From Phoronis australis (lineage: Eukaryota; Animalia; Phoronida), in the NCBI GenBank assembly GCA_002633005.1, contig NMRA01000135.1, forward strand, positions 61,115 to 125,114: 64,000 nucleotides of DNA, in the 5' to 3' direction. Shown here in pieces: positions 36,238 to 49,202 of this stretch. The translations under genes were made by a program, and so were the position numbers. Below the pieces are notes generated by a model, which did no database searches, was not told where the DNA came from, and saw nothing but the letters and a program-made list of their open reading frames with translations. Position 1 is the stretch's first letter, and every line of letters begins with the position of its first letter.

Positions 36238-39200
36238 CTGAAACACACAATGGTCAGGAATGCAGCAATATTAACAGAGGAGAAACTGACATCAGTTTTA
36301 TGCAATGAGCTCGAGTTTCTCAAAACCTTCAAAGATGACGTTAGGATGTGCACTATAATGAACCCTCCAAGCAACATTCTAAAAGTATACTATACAATAG
36401 TGGGACTTTTCCAATGGAACATTACAAGCAAGTTTTGCAACAAATCAGTTCGACTTTACTTACAAGTTGATACCTCGACTGAATCATTATTACAGTATGA
36501 ATCAAAATAATATTACTTCTGATGGCAATTCAATCAATAGAGCAAATATCAGCGCTGAATATGTCTGCCTTGTTAATCAACTCAGTGGCACCCGACATTT
36601 TAAAAGTAGGTCAGTCAGGCAATGCATCTTTCTACCTCTGCAACAGGGGAGAGTTAAATCAGGGATGGAAGTCACCTATTGACTTTGTAAAAATGTGGTT
36701 ACAATGTCTTCAATCAGCCTATAATTTAAAACTCAAATGCCTTAAAATTTCCTCTCTTCACCCACCTGAATTTTTGGTGTCCAGGGTTGCCCCTCAGCAT
36801 TCATTTTCCTCTGGGTTGGACAGATTGTTGCTGATTTGCCGTAGATATTCCTAGGGGGCGGGGGCCGTGGCCTAAGTTCATTGATTACCCCTTGTGCCGA
36901 CACCAGCCTGTCATAGCTATCCACCACAACTTTACTGGCGGCAGAACTTGACCTCACAGTTTGACTCGGGCATGTCACAGGCACACTGTTCACCATAAGC
37001 ATCCTGCCAGGTTGCGCAGCTGTCGTCATGGTTACTGAAGACATATCCCCATTGACCAGGTTTGTTGTAGGATACCGGTATGGAGTGCAGGTAGGGACAG
37101 AACAACCGTTGGCTGGCAAGTTTTGATTGTTCATTCCCGACTGTCCCACAGGTCCCGATCGAACAGTCGATATTCCCATAACACCCATGCGAGGCTTGCT
37201 GATGACGAGCTTGTGATCTGCAGGCATCAGAGTTGGTACGGTGCCTGGCAACACGAACACGTGATTCTCTGATGTGTTGTCATTGGGCTGATACACAAAT
37301 TGGGGAAGCGAAGACACAACAGACGACGGGGCACCAGCAGAAACTACGGATGTGTTTGCGTATCCAGAGGAACCGTTCAGCATATGACCCACTCGAGGAA
37401 TCAAGTTTTCATATATGTGTTCATAGTCATGATCCTTGGTTAAGTCACTGCTGGCATCTGTCTGTTCTTGCACTGTTGTAAGTAATGTGCTCTTTGCACT
37501 GTGTGTTGAGGCACGACTACCGTGACTGCTGCCGCTGCCCGAACGACGGAAACCCTGTGATGACGAAGACGTACTCCCGTGTGGCGAGGACCCCCCACTC
37601 GGATTTCCACCGCTGGATGGCACCGTCCGTGTGTCGTACAGGCGGGGCGGTAAGGGCGGCCCCGTCAAAGGGATGTCTGTCCTTGTGCCAGCCTTGCCAG
37701 ATTCACTATTCGTGGGCGAGTGGCGGGTACCTGCTGGAATTAGAAATAATCAATTCAAGATTTCTAAATAGCCACACATAGACAACATTATCAACTAAGA
37801 ATAACAATCGCAAAATTAAGTTGCTCATCTTCAAAACTTGAAAAATTTTAGTCAACAACTTGCTCTCAGCAAGATGATATTAATAATTGTGGAGGTTACA
37901 GGCCACAGTGTCGTACTTATGAGGACCAGGTTCATATCTTGTGCTTGCTGGCAGACTATGAGCATTGTGAAAATAGTTTCTTCTTTCCTCCAATAATTCA
38001 GTCTTAACTCATCTCAAAGTACAGAGGGTACCCTTGAATAGCAGCACACTTCATTAAAGCAGGAAGCAACAAGTCCTTGGTTATCTCAGAAAGACATTTT
38101 TCCCGGTGTATGACTGTTGCCCTTACAGGTAAGTACTATCCACACAATAAAAGAAAGTGATGTGAACAGACCAGAAAAAGGCACGCATTCACTGCCAAAG
38201 AAGAAAAACACAATGTACGACTCGCTATTCAACGCAGTCCGCGACGGTTATTCATATTTGAATGCTGAACCGAGATGTGGGCCTGATGTGTAGTAAATAT
38301 ACCCCAGGGATACAGTAATTAATGTGAAACAATGCTTTTCCAAGACCGTTAACATACAAATACATCCAATAACAGATTAAAATGATACGTACTGCTCGAT
38401 GTGGGAGACTCCTCCAGTTGACTCCGTCCAGCAGAGTTGTTCGACTCCCGAGAAGATCTACCCTCATCTACAGCAATTTCACCATCTCGATCGTCTGAAA
38501 GGAAGAGGTCTGAATATAGAAACCTGCCACGCTTTTAGTAAGCGTATCTAAATAGTCCCATCACCATCGTTTGAATGGAAGAAATTTGAGGGTAACAACA
38601 TGCTAGGGTTTCAATTACCAACCGTTTACAAAAATTGAATTCTACAGACTGAATTTGAAATTCAACACTACAGAATCGTTGTGTTTGCTCTACAAAAATA
38701 ACTCTATGAACTCGAAATTCGCAAACATAATCAAAATATTGATATTTCACGCACAATTAAAACTCTCACACTAGAAGATTTTAACTGAATTTCTCAGAGC
38801 AAGGAAATTATAGACAAAATCTTACTGCACACCTTGCTGATTTTTACTGAGAAGGTCTGAAAGAAAATTTTGTTGTAATTCAAAGCTACTTTATTCAAGA
38901 AGTGAGCCTTTAAAAAACAGAAAAACAACAACTTTGGCATTTCTTTTACATCCAAAATCATGAAAGCGAAGCACATGATGAGAGGTATTTTTACCTTCGC
39001 TCTCGTCAAAGCTAATGTGCATGCGGTCGCTGACGATGCCGGAGGTGGTGTTGGAGCTGGTATTGCTAATGACCGACGTCCTATTGTCGTTGGAGCCCCT
39101 GGAGGGGAGTGTGCTGTAGCCGTGCAGGGACAGCGACCCCTGCACCAGGGACTGTTCCTGTTCCCATGCTAGGTCAGAGCTGTCAGAGAAGATGTATGAC

Positions 39201-42200
39201 TCTTGGTAGCGCTTGCGATCTGAAATAGTGTGAATGATGGTATTCAGCACAGGACTGTTATTGAGCCAGTTACAAAAACAACAAAATGGCTCTTAATCAT
39301 TTGCCAACACATGCAGTTTGAGGTTCAACAGAGGTTTTACAGTATCTGCCCTATTCATCTGCATAAATTTCAAAACAAATATCTGGACAAAAAACAGAAA
39401 AATTGTTCACATAATTCAATGTGAATTTTGTTAAAGACACGACACTTGTCGTTGTTGACTACTTTTATTCCATTCCATTCGTGTGCTCGGAACAAATTTC
39501 GACATTGAACAGAACATTGGTAGTTAAAAGAAACTGACCAAGACACATGCTTAAAAGACACACGATATTTTGAAACATACTTGTTTCATTCTCAAGTGGA
39601 AATAAAATGACGTTGTACTACCACCACAGAGCAAAAGCTAGTGGCAAACACAGTGGGACAGGGCAGGAGTAAAATACTCAATGTATGACTAAACTCACAG
39701 TTTCAATGGTTGAAGCATAATATGATAACATGGCACTGGTATGTTGGCGGCAATAATTATCCACATTCTTACCTTCTATTTCAAAATTTTGAATTTCCAT
39801 GAGTTTGGGCTGCATGGCCATGTGTAACACATGAGTATTGCGACAGAGGGCCAGAAGATATTTCGATCGATCATCGCTCCCTGTATAATAAGTGGATTTT
39901 CTATTTTCCGGGCTGCCTACAGATCTTATTTCAAACTTCTTTTTCTGCAAAAACCAAGAAACATGCTCGGCATGATGAACAGATTCTGGAATGAAAGCAC
40001 AATTTAGAATATGGCAATCTGTTGGGTCAGCGGCGCGTTAACGAGAACCGTGTCGTCACGGAATGATACTAAAAATGCCACATCCGTGGGAAAATGTTCT
40101 TTTAGCAATAATCTCCTCAACTTCTGAGGTCTATTAATAGGCCAGTGGAAAGGTTTCAGACAGACTGTAGGAATTAACGGCATTCTAGAAAAGACAGGCT
40201 ACATAAGTGAGTAGGTGTTAACACAGCTGGCAATTCAAACATCATTTTTTCGCAGTGGTATTTGTGAAAATGCCGCAAAACAATTTCTCAGACATATTAC
40301 ACCAATAGGCTCTAGGGTAAAGTTAAACCCCCAAAATACCAAAATGTACCAAGAACAAACTTATTTACCACTTAAAAAGGCCTTCTGTCAAAAATGAGTT
40401 TTGATTAAGGCCAACTGAATTTTCACAAGCTTAGCCTCATTTCTGAACTAAGTCAAGAACATGATAAAATCAATTTTATAATGATATATAGTTATTCCAT
40501 TGAAGCATATAACTCCCTGGAGTTCTTGCAGTGCTGTAACTGGAATCCTACAGGGTATTTCCACATTAGCAATGCGGGCGACTATAAATCAAGTTCAGTT
40601 GACACAGGTATTTAAGTTAACAGACAGCCAGAGTTGCTGTTCATTTGTTGGGCACATTCTTGGCAGCTAGCCAACATCAACCTGGATAACCTGACAGGGA
40701 GACTCTTCACAGCTAACAACTTGCTCCACTGCCCATTAGTACAGGCATAAAACAAAATTGAAATCATAATGTCGTAACATTTTCCTGATGTTGGTACAGT
40801 ATAGTGGACATGAGAGGTTTCATTTCATCAACAAAAATAAATAATTTTCAAGGATATTTTACTCAACTTTTATCATGATTTGTACAATGAGTCAACATTT
40901 GGCAAAGTCTGGGCTTTGGCACCAATGAGGTAAGCCTACAGAAATGCAAACTGCCAATTTCAGCAATTATTTTCGTCCCTAATTGAAGAATTTTCCCTGC
41001 AATATAAACTTCCACAGTTGAAAGAAGCCAATGTGGCATAAAGATAAATACGGTACTTACATCAAAGTATAATTTGCCAATATCAGGCCACAGGTATGTT
41101 GATAACAGACCCATGAGAGTACAACTTGTCTCCTAAAATAATAAAAGGAGGACATGTAATTACTACAGTACAATTACAACAGAATGTTCTACAAATCAAA
41201 TATTCATTGCACTTTTTGATCTTACAACGCCTATAATTTTTGCACTGAATATTTAAATCTTTCGAATCTTCCATAAGGATGTGGTCCTATGGAAAGACAA
41301 ACTCATTTTTTCCATCAAACACTGTAACATGTAAAACACTGTAACATGTAACTCTAATGCCCCTAAAAGACATGTCCCTACTATATCATTTTATTGCTCA
41401 TTTCTTGCAATGTAGATCCCAACTCTCCAATTTTGTGTATTTCAACTCATACAAACCAGGGGCCTGTCTTATCAAAGAACCTAACATTGCAACTGAGGCA
41501 AATTTGGCATAGAGCGTGTCCAAACTAAACCACCAATTTCACATGCTGCTTACATGGAATACCTGCCATTTAAAATCCGAGTCTCATCTACGACTGGGCA
41601 TACACAGAATTTGATAAAGCGGGCCACAGGAATCTCAGCCCTACAGCTGACGCCCCTACCACCGATGCCCCTATGACCAACGGCCCTATGGTCGATGCCC
41701 CTACGGCTGATGCCCCTACGCCCAACGACCCTATGGCAAATGCCCCTACCTCATAGATCTCTATTCCTCTGGCACAGATACCCAGCCAAATACTGCCAGG
41801 ACTTTCATTCTTCTTCTTCTTCAGTCTGTAGAGATGCAGGTTGAAGTGACAGGGCCTAGTTGATGCCTCGCGAATGTACTGCAGCTGTGCCTCGGTCTTG
41901 GACATTGCCCGTAAGTCCTCATGCAAGGACGGCATATGGCGCTGGGCGTAGTCCTCACCATGCTCATCTACGATCTGCCGTGGGAGACAAAGGGGATAAT
42001 GACATTTCAACACAAATAATGCCAGGCATCTAACTACTCATAAATGATTTCCAATGAAAACAAATGTACTATGACAAAAAATACTAACATTGTTCCTAAA
42101 AATGCGAACATGATGCAGTGGAGAACATGTTAGACCCATGCAATGTACAATTGATTGCCTTCAGCGGAACAGTTGTTAGAGAGATGCCACCAACTCAGGA

Positions 42201-45200
42201 AGGGGATTCGTCCTCTTAGAAACGGAGATTATTTGGTATAACATTTTTAATCATTTGGTATTTTCTCGAGCACCTACTTTCCTGTTTGTCAAGATAATGT
42301 GTTAGTTAAGATTTTATATGAGGAGTGACACCCCTCACCCATTACCTGTAAGAGACCCCCCATATTCACAACTGGAAGAAGACTTGACTACTGAAAGGTC
42401 ACAGAACTTTTTAAGAGACATATGTGTTCAGTAGACCCGAGACATTAGCCTTGCACTTAACAAGAGAAATTTCTACTTGTGAAACAGAAACGGTGAGTTC
42501 TATCACATACTTCAACAAGCCAACCTCACCGACCGATCACTTCAGTGGCCGCCAATTATGTTACTAAGATCCCGAGCACACTCGCAAAACATTCATCATT
42601 CATTCGCGTGATTTTGCGTGGTCTTTTATGATCTCGCTTTTCTCGACACTTGAACTACAGAATGCCATAAAGTTGTAAGCGACAACTTTTTACAAAAAAA
42701 TCAAGTTTGACTGACACCTGTGCATGTACTTTTATGTTATTGATGTGGAACTATTTCTGAGAAGTCAAAATATGACCTACTTTCTAAAAACCAAGCACTT
42801 TTAGCAAGTTGACACGAATGTTGTTTTATTACTTCATTGCATCATATTACTGTTTTTTGTTGTTGAGGGCAGTGCTATCACTGAAGAGGCCACCCTCATT
42901 TTAAATATCACAATAAATAAATAAAACGTAGTGAATTTCTATAGCTACATATTTGCACAGACAGCGAGAAACACAGACAGGATGCAGCTAGTTTTTTTTA
43001 AGTTCAATGCCTGCAGTAACATTGCTTGAAGCTCTCACATTAATAAACACATCAAGCTAACATTTATAAACTGAAACCTACGTCATCTGAGGCATTGAAC
43101 CGTTTCTATAACAACCACACAGACCACCTCATGCACTTGTGCAAACTCCTATCATTCCGTTTTGGCCCCGAAATGAACAAAGTGTAAAAAAATGACATCA
43201 CCTGTTCGAGGGATGATAAGCAATCACTCACAACCAGTCAAGCGCCACGTGAACGGTTACAAGAGATTTGGTAAAAAAGGAGGAATAAGAAGTAGCAGAA
43301 ATAGCAGACGTGCAGATATTGCTCCAGAGTGATCAGTTAACTGCCAACAGTTGCGTAGCGGAGTGGCTATTTAACATTATTTACTGAAACAGCTTTAGCC
43401 CAACTGAATGATAAATGATTGAGTACTCAATCATAACAGAGTAATAATCAATGAAATAGTAATTATAATAACCAATGATCTGAAAACATCATCGTCAAGA
43501 TGTGGCTTGGTACAATGCTGCCATCTATCCCTAACTTATTGTATAACAGAATGTTTTTGAGAATTGCCAAGTAAAGTGATCAAACCAATTTTAAATAATA
43601 CTTTTTTAAATAACAAGATAATTGGACGTTTACGATAATGAAAATTTAGCTAAATACTGGTCAACACAGTCTTTTCAGTAATAAAAAAGAAACCACAGCT
43701 TTAACAAAAATAACAACCAAATTTCGTTCAAAGATTTTGATTTGCAAAATGTTGCAGATGTCAACATGTATCAGGTCACTGACCTCGTTCCTGACACTTG
43801 CCAACTTGTCATCTGTCAACAAAGCAATAAGGATGTAAGGAGTGAAAACCTCAATTTGAAGCAACATGCACCATCAGCTCACTTTCATTGAATTCTTCTA
43901 AATGATGTTCAGTGTAGTTTGCTGTTTATACTCAACAGACCATTGGAGGGAACATAGTCATACCACAGGGACTTTAAAGGGGTGATTAAAAAAGACAGCC
44001 CTGCATAAACATGAGGTTGTATTCCAAGTTCAAACATTGATCAAAGTCTAAAGCAGAGCATATTTTTTTGCTTCTGAGAAACACAAGGTGTCAATTTACA
44101 AAAGCAAGCCAGTCATGCTTTGCCATCACAGTCTACTACCCTTAGAAGCCCTCCCTAGGACAACATACCTGGGCATGGGGTGTAATCTTCATGCCCAAAA
44201 TTGAACTCAAATTTACTTTTGAAAGTGAAAACTCAATTTCAGACTCAAACTTAATGCTGGGGTCATCACAAGCAAACTAGGATCAGACAGCCATCCTCGC
44301 AAACCGTAATGTACTCGAGCACTGAATTATAGACACTTATGTTGAGATTGCATTAAATTAGAAAGGAAAATGTCTAAAATAATTTTGAGCTTAATTTTGA
44401 CTACAAAGATAGGACCTCAGACCCGAATCAGTAGTTCACACAAAGACACATCAGAGTCGGCGCGTGTTTATCCCTATAACCGACATTGTTAACTCACCCA
44501 GGCTGGGAAATATTCCCTGGGGTCGAAGTAGTTGTCGGTGTGTCGCGAGGCGTTGAATTTGCCCAGGTCTGCCTGCAGTGCGTATGAGGAGAGCATAAAG
44601 TATCGGTCATCACTACATGGCTGGCCATAATGGAGGAGATTCTCACGCAACTGAAGGTAGTATTGGTGCCGGGTCACTCGCTCCCTGCAGACAAGATCGT
44701 GTTAACCTAACTAAAGTAATTTTGAATGTAATCGAGGAACATTTTCCCATTTTGTCGAGTTAAGGTAAACAATGATGAGGAATTTCACGAGATAAACAAG
44801 TTTAACTTCATAGAGTGCTCACAAAAACATCACTATAGGGACAAATGATTTGCTCAAAGAAAGCCAACTGAGAAATGTGTTACATCAAGAGTGAATTATC
44901 AAAACCGTTTTGCTCTGAAAATTCTAAATCAAAAACTGATGTCCAGTAAGAAAAGCCTGTCAAAAATTGTCATGAAATGCAAGTTGTTTCTGCCAGAAAC
45001 AATAAAGTAATTCACAGAGTATGTAGGTAAGACCATATTAAAAACGACAAAACTTGGTAGCATATTTTGCTGATCAGATTCTCTTTCACAACATTTGGTG
45101 TTATTTTGCCAAGGCAGTAACTGCTCAGTGAATACTTTTGGCACTAATTAGACACTGTTTTTATTGTGACTTTTATAATTACTGAGACCTATAAACACGA

Positions 45201-46908
45201 ATGCTTTTCTGATTCTGTGGTTTGTTATGTTAAATGCAGATGTAAAATTGCCTTATTAGTAATTTTTCACGGACATCAAGCCTCAGCCAATCAAAGATTA
45301 AGCCTTACGAAAAGGAGAAAGCTGATCAAGTCAGTGACAGAAACTGCGAATAATAATCATTGTGTCCATGCTTTTCATTCCCTTATGGAAGAGTTGTTGA
45401 AATGCAAATACAACCAGATGCCGTACTCATACAGGTTCCTGCATTGCATCGTTTTATCTATCTCCTAACTAATTCTCAACTCACCTGAGCAATGATACAC
45501 TGTCCACGTAGAACTGTACCCGGAAGTGCAGTGTTAGCAGCACTTTGCCGCATTTGTCGAAGCCCGAGTTGGACTGTTTCCATGCCTTGGAGGCATGCTT
45601 ACTGAGTTTTTCGTCTGAATTGAGGAATTGAAACTCCTCATCTGAAACACGCATAACAACTGATGTCAAAGCTGCATTTCACCTGGTTAAGCAGGCCAAA
45701 AAACAAAATTCGAATCAGGCCTCTTATTCCCACAAAATGGTTCTCATAATACACTATGAGACTGATTTCATGACAGTAAAACTCCTAATTCAGTTTTCGT
45801 ACATTGGGTAGATAAACAAGGCGAAATGCAGCTTTAAATGGAACCGAATGTCTTTGAAAAGTCTATGAAGCAAACATACTTTACATCTTATGATGTAAAT
45901 CCCTGGAGCATGATTAAAAAAATTCCATGCCTTGGTTACGTTACTACACTGTTGAAGAGAAAGAAACAAAAATCAAGTAGAATCTGAAGCTATTGTAGAC
46001 ACTGAAGTATTCAAAAGGTGGATAATCGAGAAAAATGAGTTTAAATTGCAGAGCAGCTCTTGCAGCATACTGCATCCCAGATATGCATCTTGCTCGAAGA
46101 ATTCCGCAATACAGGAACGGACCTCAGATCTTTACCAGTGAGGATCAAATGAGCAGGGGGTGCTTAAGATTCCTTCACAATGTAAAGGAGGGTCCTTCCT
46201 GAAATCCATCAGACTTACCGACAAGACTAGCAACACCAAAGTATTCCGTTTCCCGCAGTCCAAGGAAATCACACACTTGGTTAAATAGGTCATTTACCTT
46301 CCCTTTTGCCTGAAATATTTTACATCATGACAACCAATGGCAAAGCATTTTAAGTACTTTACATACTTATAATGTCGACCAATCGCAAACATTTTTAAGT
46401 CTGAATTACATGCTCATGTACATGTCAACCAATGTAAATATATCTTGTCTAATTTCAAACTAGACTACACGCCTGTTATAATCAACAGTTAAAAAAATGT
46501 GATCCTGAAACACATTTACAGTTAAAAAAAATGTGCAGGTGGCCTGATGCCTTTTGCGGTACGTCAGGCGTGTTTAGGCCACGAGGCCGGGACCATTACA
46601 GTTACAGTAAAGCGAGCAAGTATAAATTTTATGTTGAGCACGGTGAACTGGAAGTCATGGTGCACATACTATAACATCTTCATCCAAAAAACCATAACAT
46701 AAATATCACACAAAATATGAATGCCAATGATAAGCAAAAAACAAGAGTAATAATTTGCAAAAACAAATTATGAGGCACTGTTAGATATGTTTGAATTACT
46801 CACATCTACATGGAAGGTGACCTGTTCCTTATTCAGCAGCCTGATGCCAACGGCTTTCTTATGGACAGAGCCATCTTGAGGCGTGCTGGATCGCGACGCA
46901 GTTCTCAT
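35413..46908 (-). CDS. FRMD6: FERM-domain protein, FRMD6/Willin/Expanded family (Hippo pathway), 1041 aa, 11 coding exons
   Basis: complement(join(35413..36237,36766..37730,38393..38494,38995..39219,39773..39944,41061..41132,41750..41974,44498..44684,45485..45641,46219..46309,46804..46908)) = 3126 nt, phase-consistent. FERM motifs LRETEYFG, LHFRVQFYV, HQYYLQLREN, YALQADLG, YFDPREYFPAW, WLGICARGIEIYE and WPDIGKLYFDKKKFEI; post-FERM YQESYIFSD and TSGIVS are typical of FRMD6/Expanded. Confidence 0.88.
36766..37730 (-). CDS. FRMD6: FRMD6 coding exon 10
   Basis: TTCCAGCAG|GT acceptor and CAG|GTGGGT donor; Ser/Pro-rich 308-aa ORF. Confidence 0.85.
38393..38494 (-). CDS. FRMD6: FRMD6 coding exon 9
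   Basis: TTTCAG|AC acceptor and A|GTACGT donor; open reading and symmetric phase 1-1. Confidence 0.7.
38995..39219 (-). CDS. FRMD6: FRMD6 coding exon 8
   Basis: TTTCAG|AT acceptor and G|GTAAAA donor; YQESYIFSD and TSGIVS. Confidence 0.9.
39773..39944 (-). CDS. FRMD6: FRMD6 coding exon 7
   Basis: TTGCAG|AAA acceptor and G|GTAAGA donor; end of FERM-C. Confidence 0.92.
41061..41132 (-). CDS. FRMD6: FRMD6 coding exon 6
   Basis: TTTTAG|GAG acceptor and GAT|GTAAGT donor; YLWPDIGKLYFD. Confidence 0.9.
41636..41749 (-). repeat. 15-bp minisatellite starting at the exon 5 splice donor, about 7.5 units (RTAGGG-led)
   Basis: Minus-strand units GTAGGGGCATTTGCC, ATAGGGTCGTTGGGC, GTAGGGGCATCAGCC, GTAGGGGCATCGACC, ATAGGGCCGTTGGTC, ATAGGGGCATCGGTG, GTAGGGGCGTCAGCT, GTAGGGCTG. 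Confidence 0.85.
41750..41974 (-). CDS. FRMD6: FRMD6 coding exon 5
   Basis: CGGCAG|ATC acceptor and GAG|GTAGGG donor. Confidence 0.9.
44498..44684 (-). CDS. FRMD6: FRMD6 coding exon 4
   Basis: CTGCAG|G acceptor and TGG|GTGAGT donor; FERM F2 lobe. Confidence 0.93.
45485..45641 (-). CDS. FRMD6: FRMD6 coding exon 3
   Basis: TTTCAG|AT acceptor and AG|GTGAGT donor; LHFRVQFYV. Confidence 0.92.
46219..46309 (-). CDS. FRMD6: FRMD6 coding exon 2
   Basis: TTTCAG|GCA acceptor and G|GTAAGT donor; DLFNQVCDFLGLRETEYFG. Confidence 0.92.
46804..46908 (-). CDS. FRMD6: FRMD6 coding exon 1 (exon begins at acceptor 46935)
   Basis: In-frame TGA upstream; GCCACTATG start; GAT|GTGAGT donor. Confidence 0.8.
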
Positions 46909-49202
46909 AGTGGCCTGGAGACCTCATTCAGATACCTGCAAGGCCAACATACACCAATGTAACATGAAGTTAACCATACCAAAACAGTCCCTATGGGGCC
47001 AACTGCAATGCAAGACAAAGATTGATCAACACTAAAGAGACACACACTAACACTGCATGAGGATATCAACAGTCTTGATGGTCAACTCTAAATCTCATTC
47101 AGTCAGACACAGCAGCGAGGTGATTGATACTGCTACACAACAAGGCAATATGTGCAACTACATAATATCACTGACCAAGTCAACTATGTGAATGAAAGTC
47201 CATTATGAAACCAATGATGTCAAGTACTAAATCTGCCGTGTCAGCTTTCACATGGGGCCACTCTTCAAAAACACAACAAAAGGAAATCCGTAATTTCCGT
47301 TTCGAGGCCAATAGATTTTTGAACACACTTCCTTCCTTGAAGCACAAAATTCTGCCAGATGACCAGCAAACAAGTAAAACCTAAAACCTACTACTTGTTT
47401 TTTCTAAATGTCTCACCACAAACACCCCTTTGGGATGATTATGTAATCCTTGTCAAGGAATCAAGTGCAATGGATGCATTGGAAAAAGAAAAACAGGTTG
47501 CCCAGACTTTGGAATGTTGGGATTCCATTCTGTAAACAGGTTCACAAAGTACTTCAGAGTGGACAACTGACCAACACAGAGGGTGTCATCCAAATTATAC
47601 AATGAATACTTTCATACTAAGCACATGGAAAACAGATATCTATCTGGCTCTTACTGCATATTACAAAACCCAGAACTGCCCCCCACAAACACACATCTGT
47701 ATTGAAAGTGTGGTCAAATCTCACCAACTTCAGAAATTTATTTAAAATCAACACTGTCCTGTCTTTTTCAAGGGCTTCTAACAATGCCACGAAAGTCCCA
47801 ATTTTTCAAAACTTTTGTCTATTGGAAGCTGTGGTAAAAAACTTGAACATGGAAAAGCATTGAAGCTTGGTGCTAAATATTGGTGCAAAAATGACAAAAT
47901 GAGATTTCATGTGTTGCCCATACTGTGTCCTAAATTAGTGAGAATTTACTGTACACAACAGAAAGAGAGACACAATCAGTGTGCAGAGTCTTGCTTTCCA
48001 ACACAAGACAAACTGCAGAGAGAAAATCACGTCACACAAACCAAAATAACACAAAACAGGAAATGCCAAGCAAAAAATTGAGACCAAGCCACCTAATGAA
48101 AAACATGTTGTCAGCAGTTTTAATGATTGATTGTTTTATTTTTACAATTGCCATAATTAAATGCATTTCATAGGCTTAAACAATTGTTTTACTTTACCTA
48201 AAAGTGCTGGTTTGTTTTTTTATTTTAAAAACTAGAATTACCTAGGCACAGCACTGTAAGCCCCATACTACCCAACAGTACAATAGTTTTTCACTTATTT
48301 AGTACACAGTATACAAGCCCGAAACGTGGAATTTCTTTATCAAATTTCCCAACAAGTATAAGCAACAAAAATTTTTACTATACTGCTGCCAAAAATAACA
48401 CCTAACAAAACCCCTTGTTGCTTATTTGTAGCAAATTAGTCAGGTTTTGAAAAACTGAAAAATGAGAGTTTTGTCAACTATTTTTAAGTAAAACAATTAA
48501 AGAACTGCTACTGTCAGACTAAAACCCATGTAGCATACACTCATTTGGACCTGAACTAAATCAGGGTTAGATTCAGGACATTCAACCAGTCTTTAAATAG
48601 CTCATTACCAAGTTCAGAAAGGAGGCTACCTTCCCAGTCAGTGCAGGTGTGGTCAAGTACTGATGACCCATGGTCAATCAAAATTCCACGGCAACCCCAA
48701 ATTGATTAGTAGTTGGTAATTAACAAGGACCAAACTAGTGACTGACATGTGTCTAAAATGCTACTAATCACTAAGTAATGAGTGATTGTAGGCTAAATCC
48801 AAAACTAACGACTACTAAATGTTTCGTTAACGACTACTAAATTAAACCTGCATCCGATCATTTTAAGGTATTTTGGAATTTTTCTTCAGGTTCATCAAGA
48901 AGACAAAAACGCACAAGATTTGACACGTAAGTAGTTCGTTCTTGCACCAGCTATTTGGCTGATTCTCGACGATTAAGCAAATTTGAAACTTCAAGGTCAA
49001 ACTGGGCAAAGTCCGATTGCCGCTGAGTTACGACTGCTTAATGTAAAACCTCACAAAATTCGGAAACAATTGAACATTTTCACATTTCAAAGGCTTTTGA
49101 CTAGTTGTAAATGGACAGAGCTACTCAAAACCTTGTTTGATGCCAACTATGAAACTTAGAACTGGTAAAGCCTTGGTTTGGTGATACCACCAAACCAACA
49201 GA

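Noticed and set aside
48228-48800. Second HINE-like element (ACTAGAA start, terminal AATCACT..AGTGATT hairpin)
   Set aside because: Too degenerate; I could not define matching subTIRs or internal repeats.
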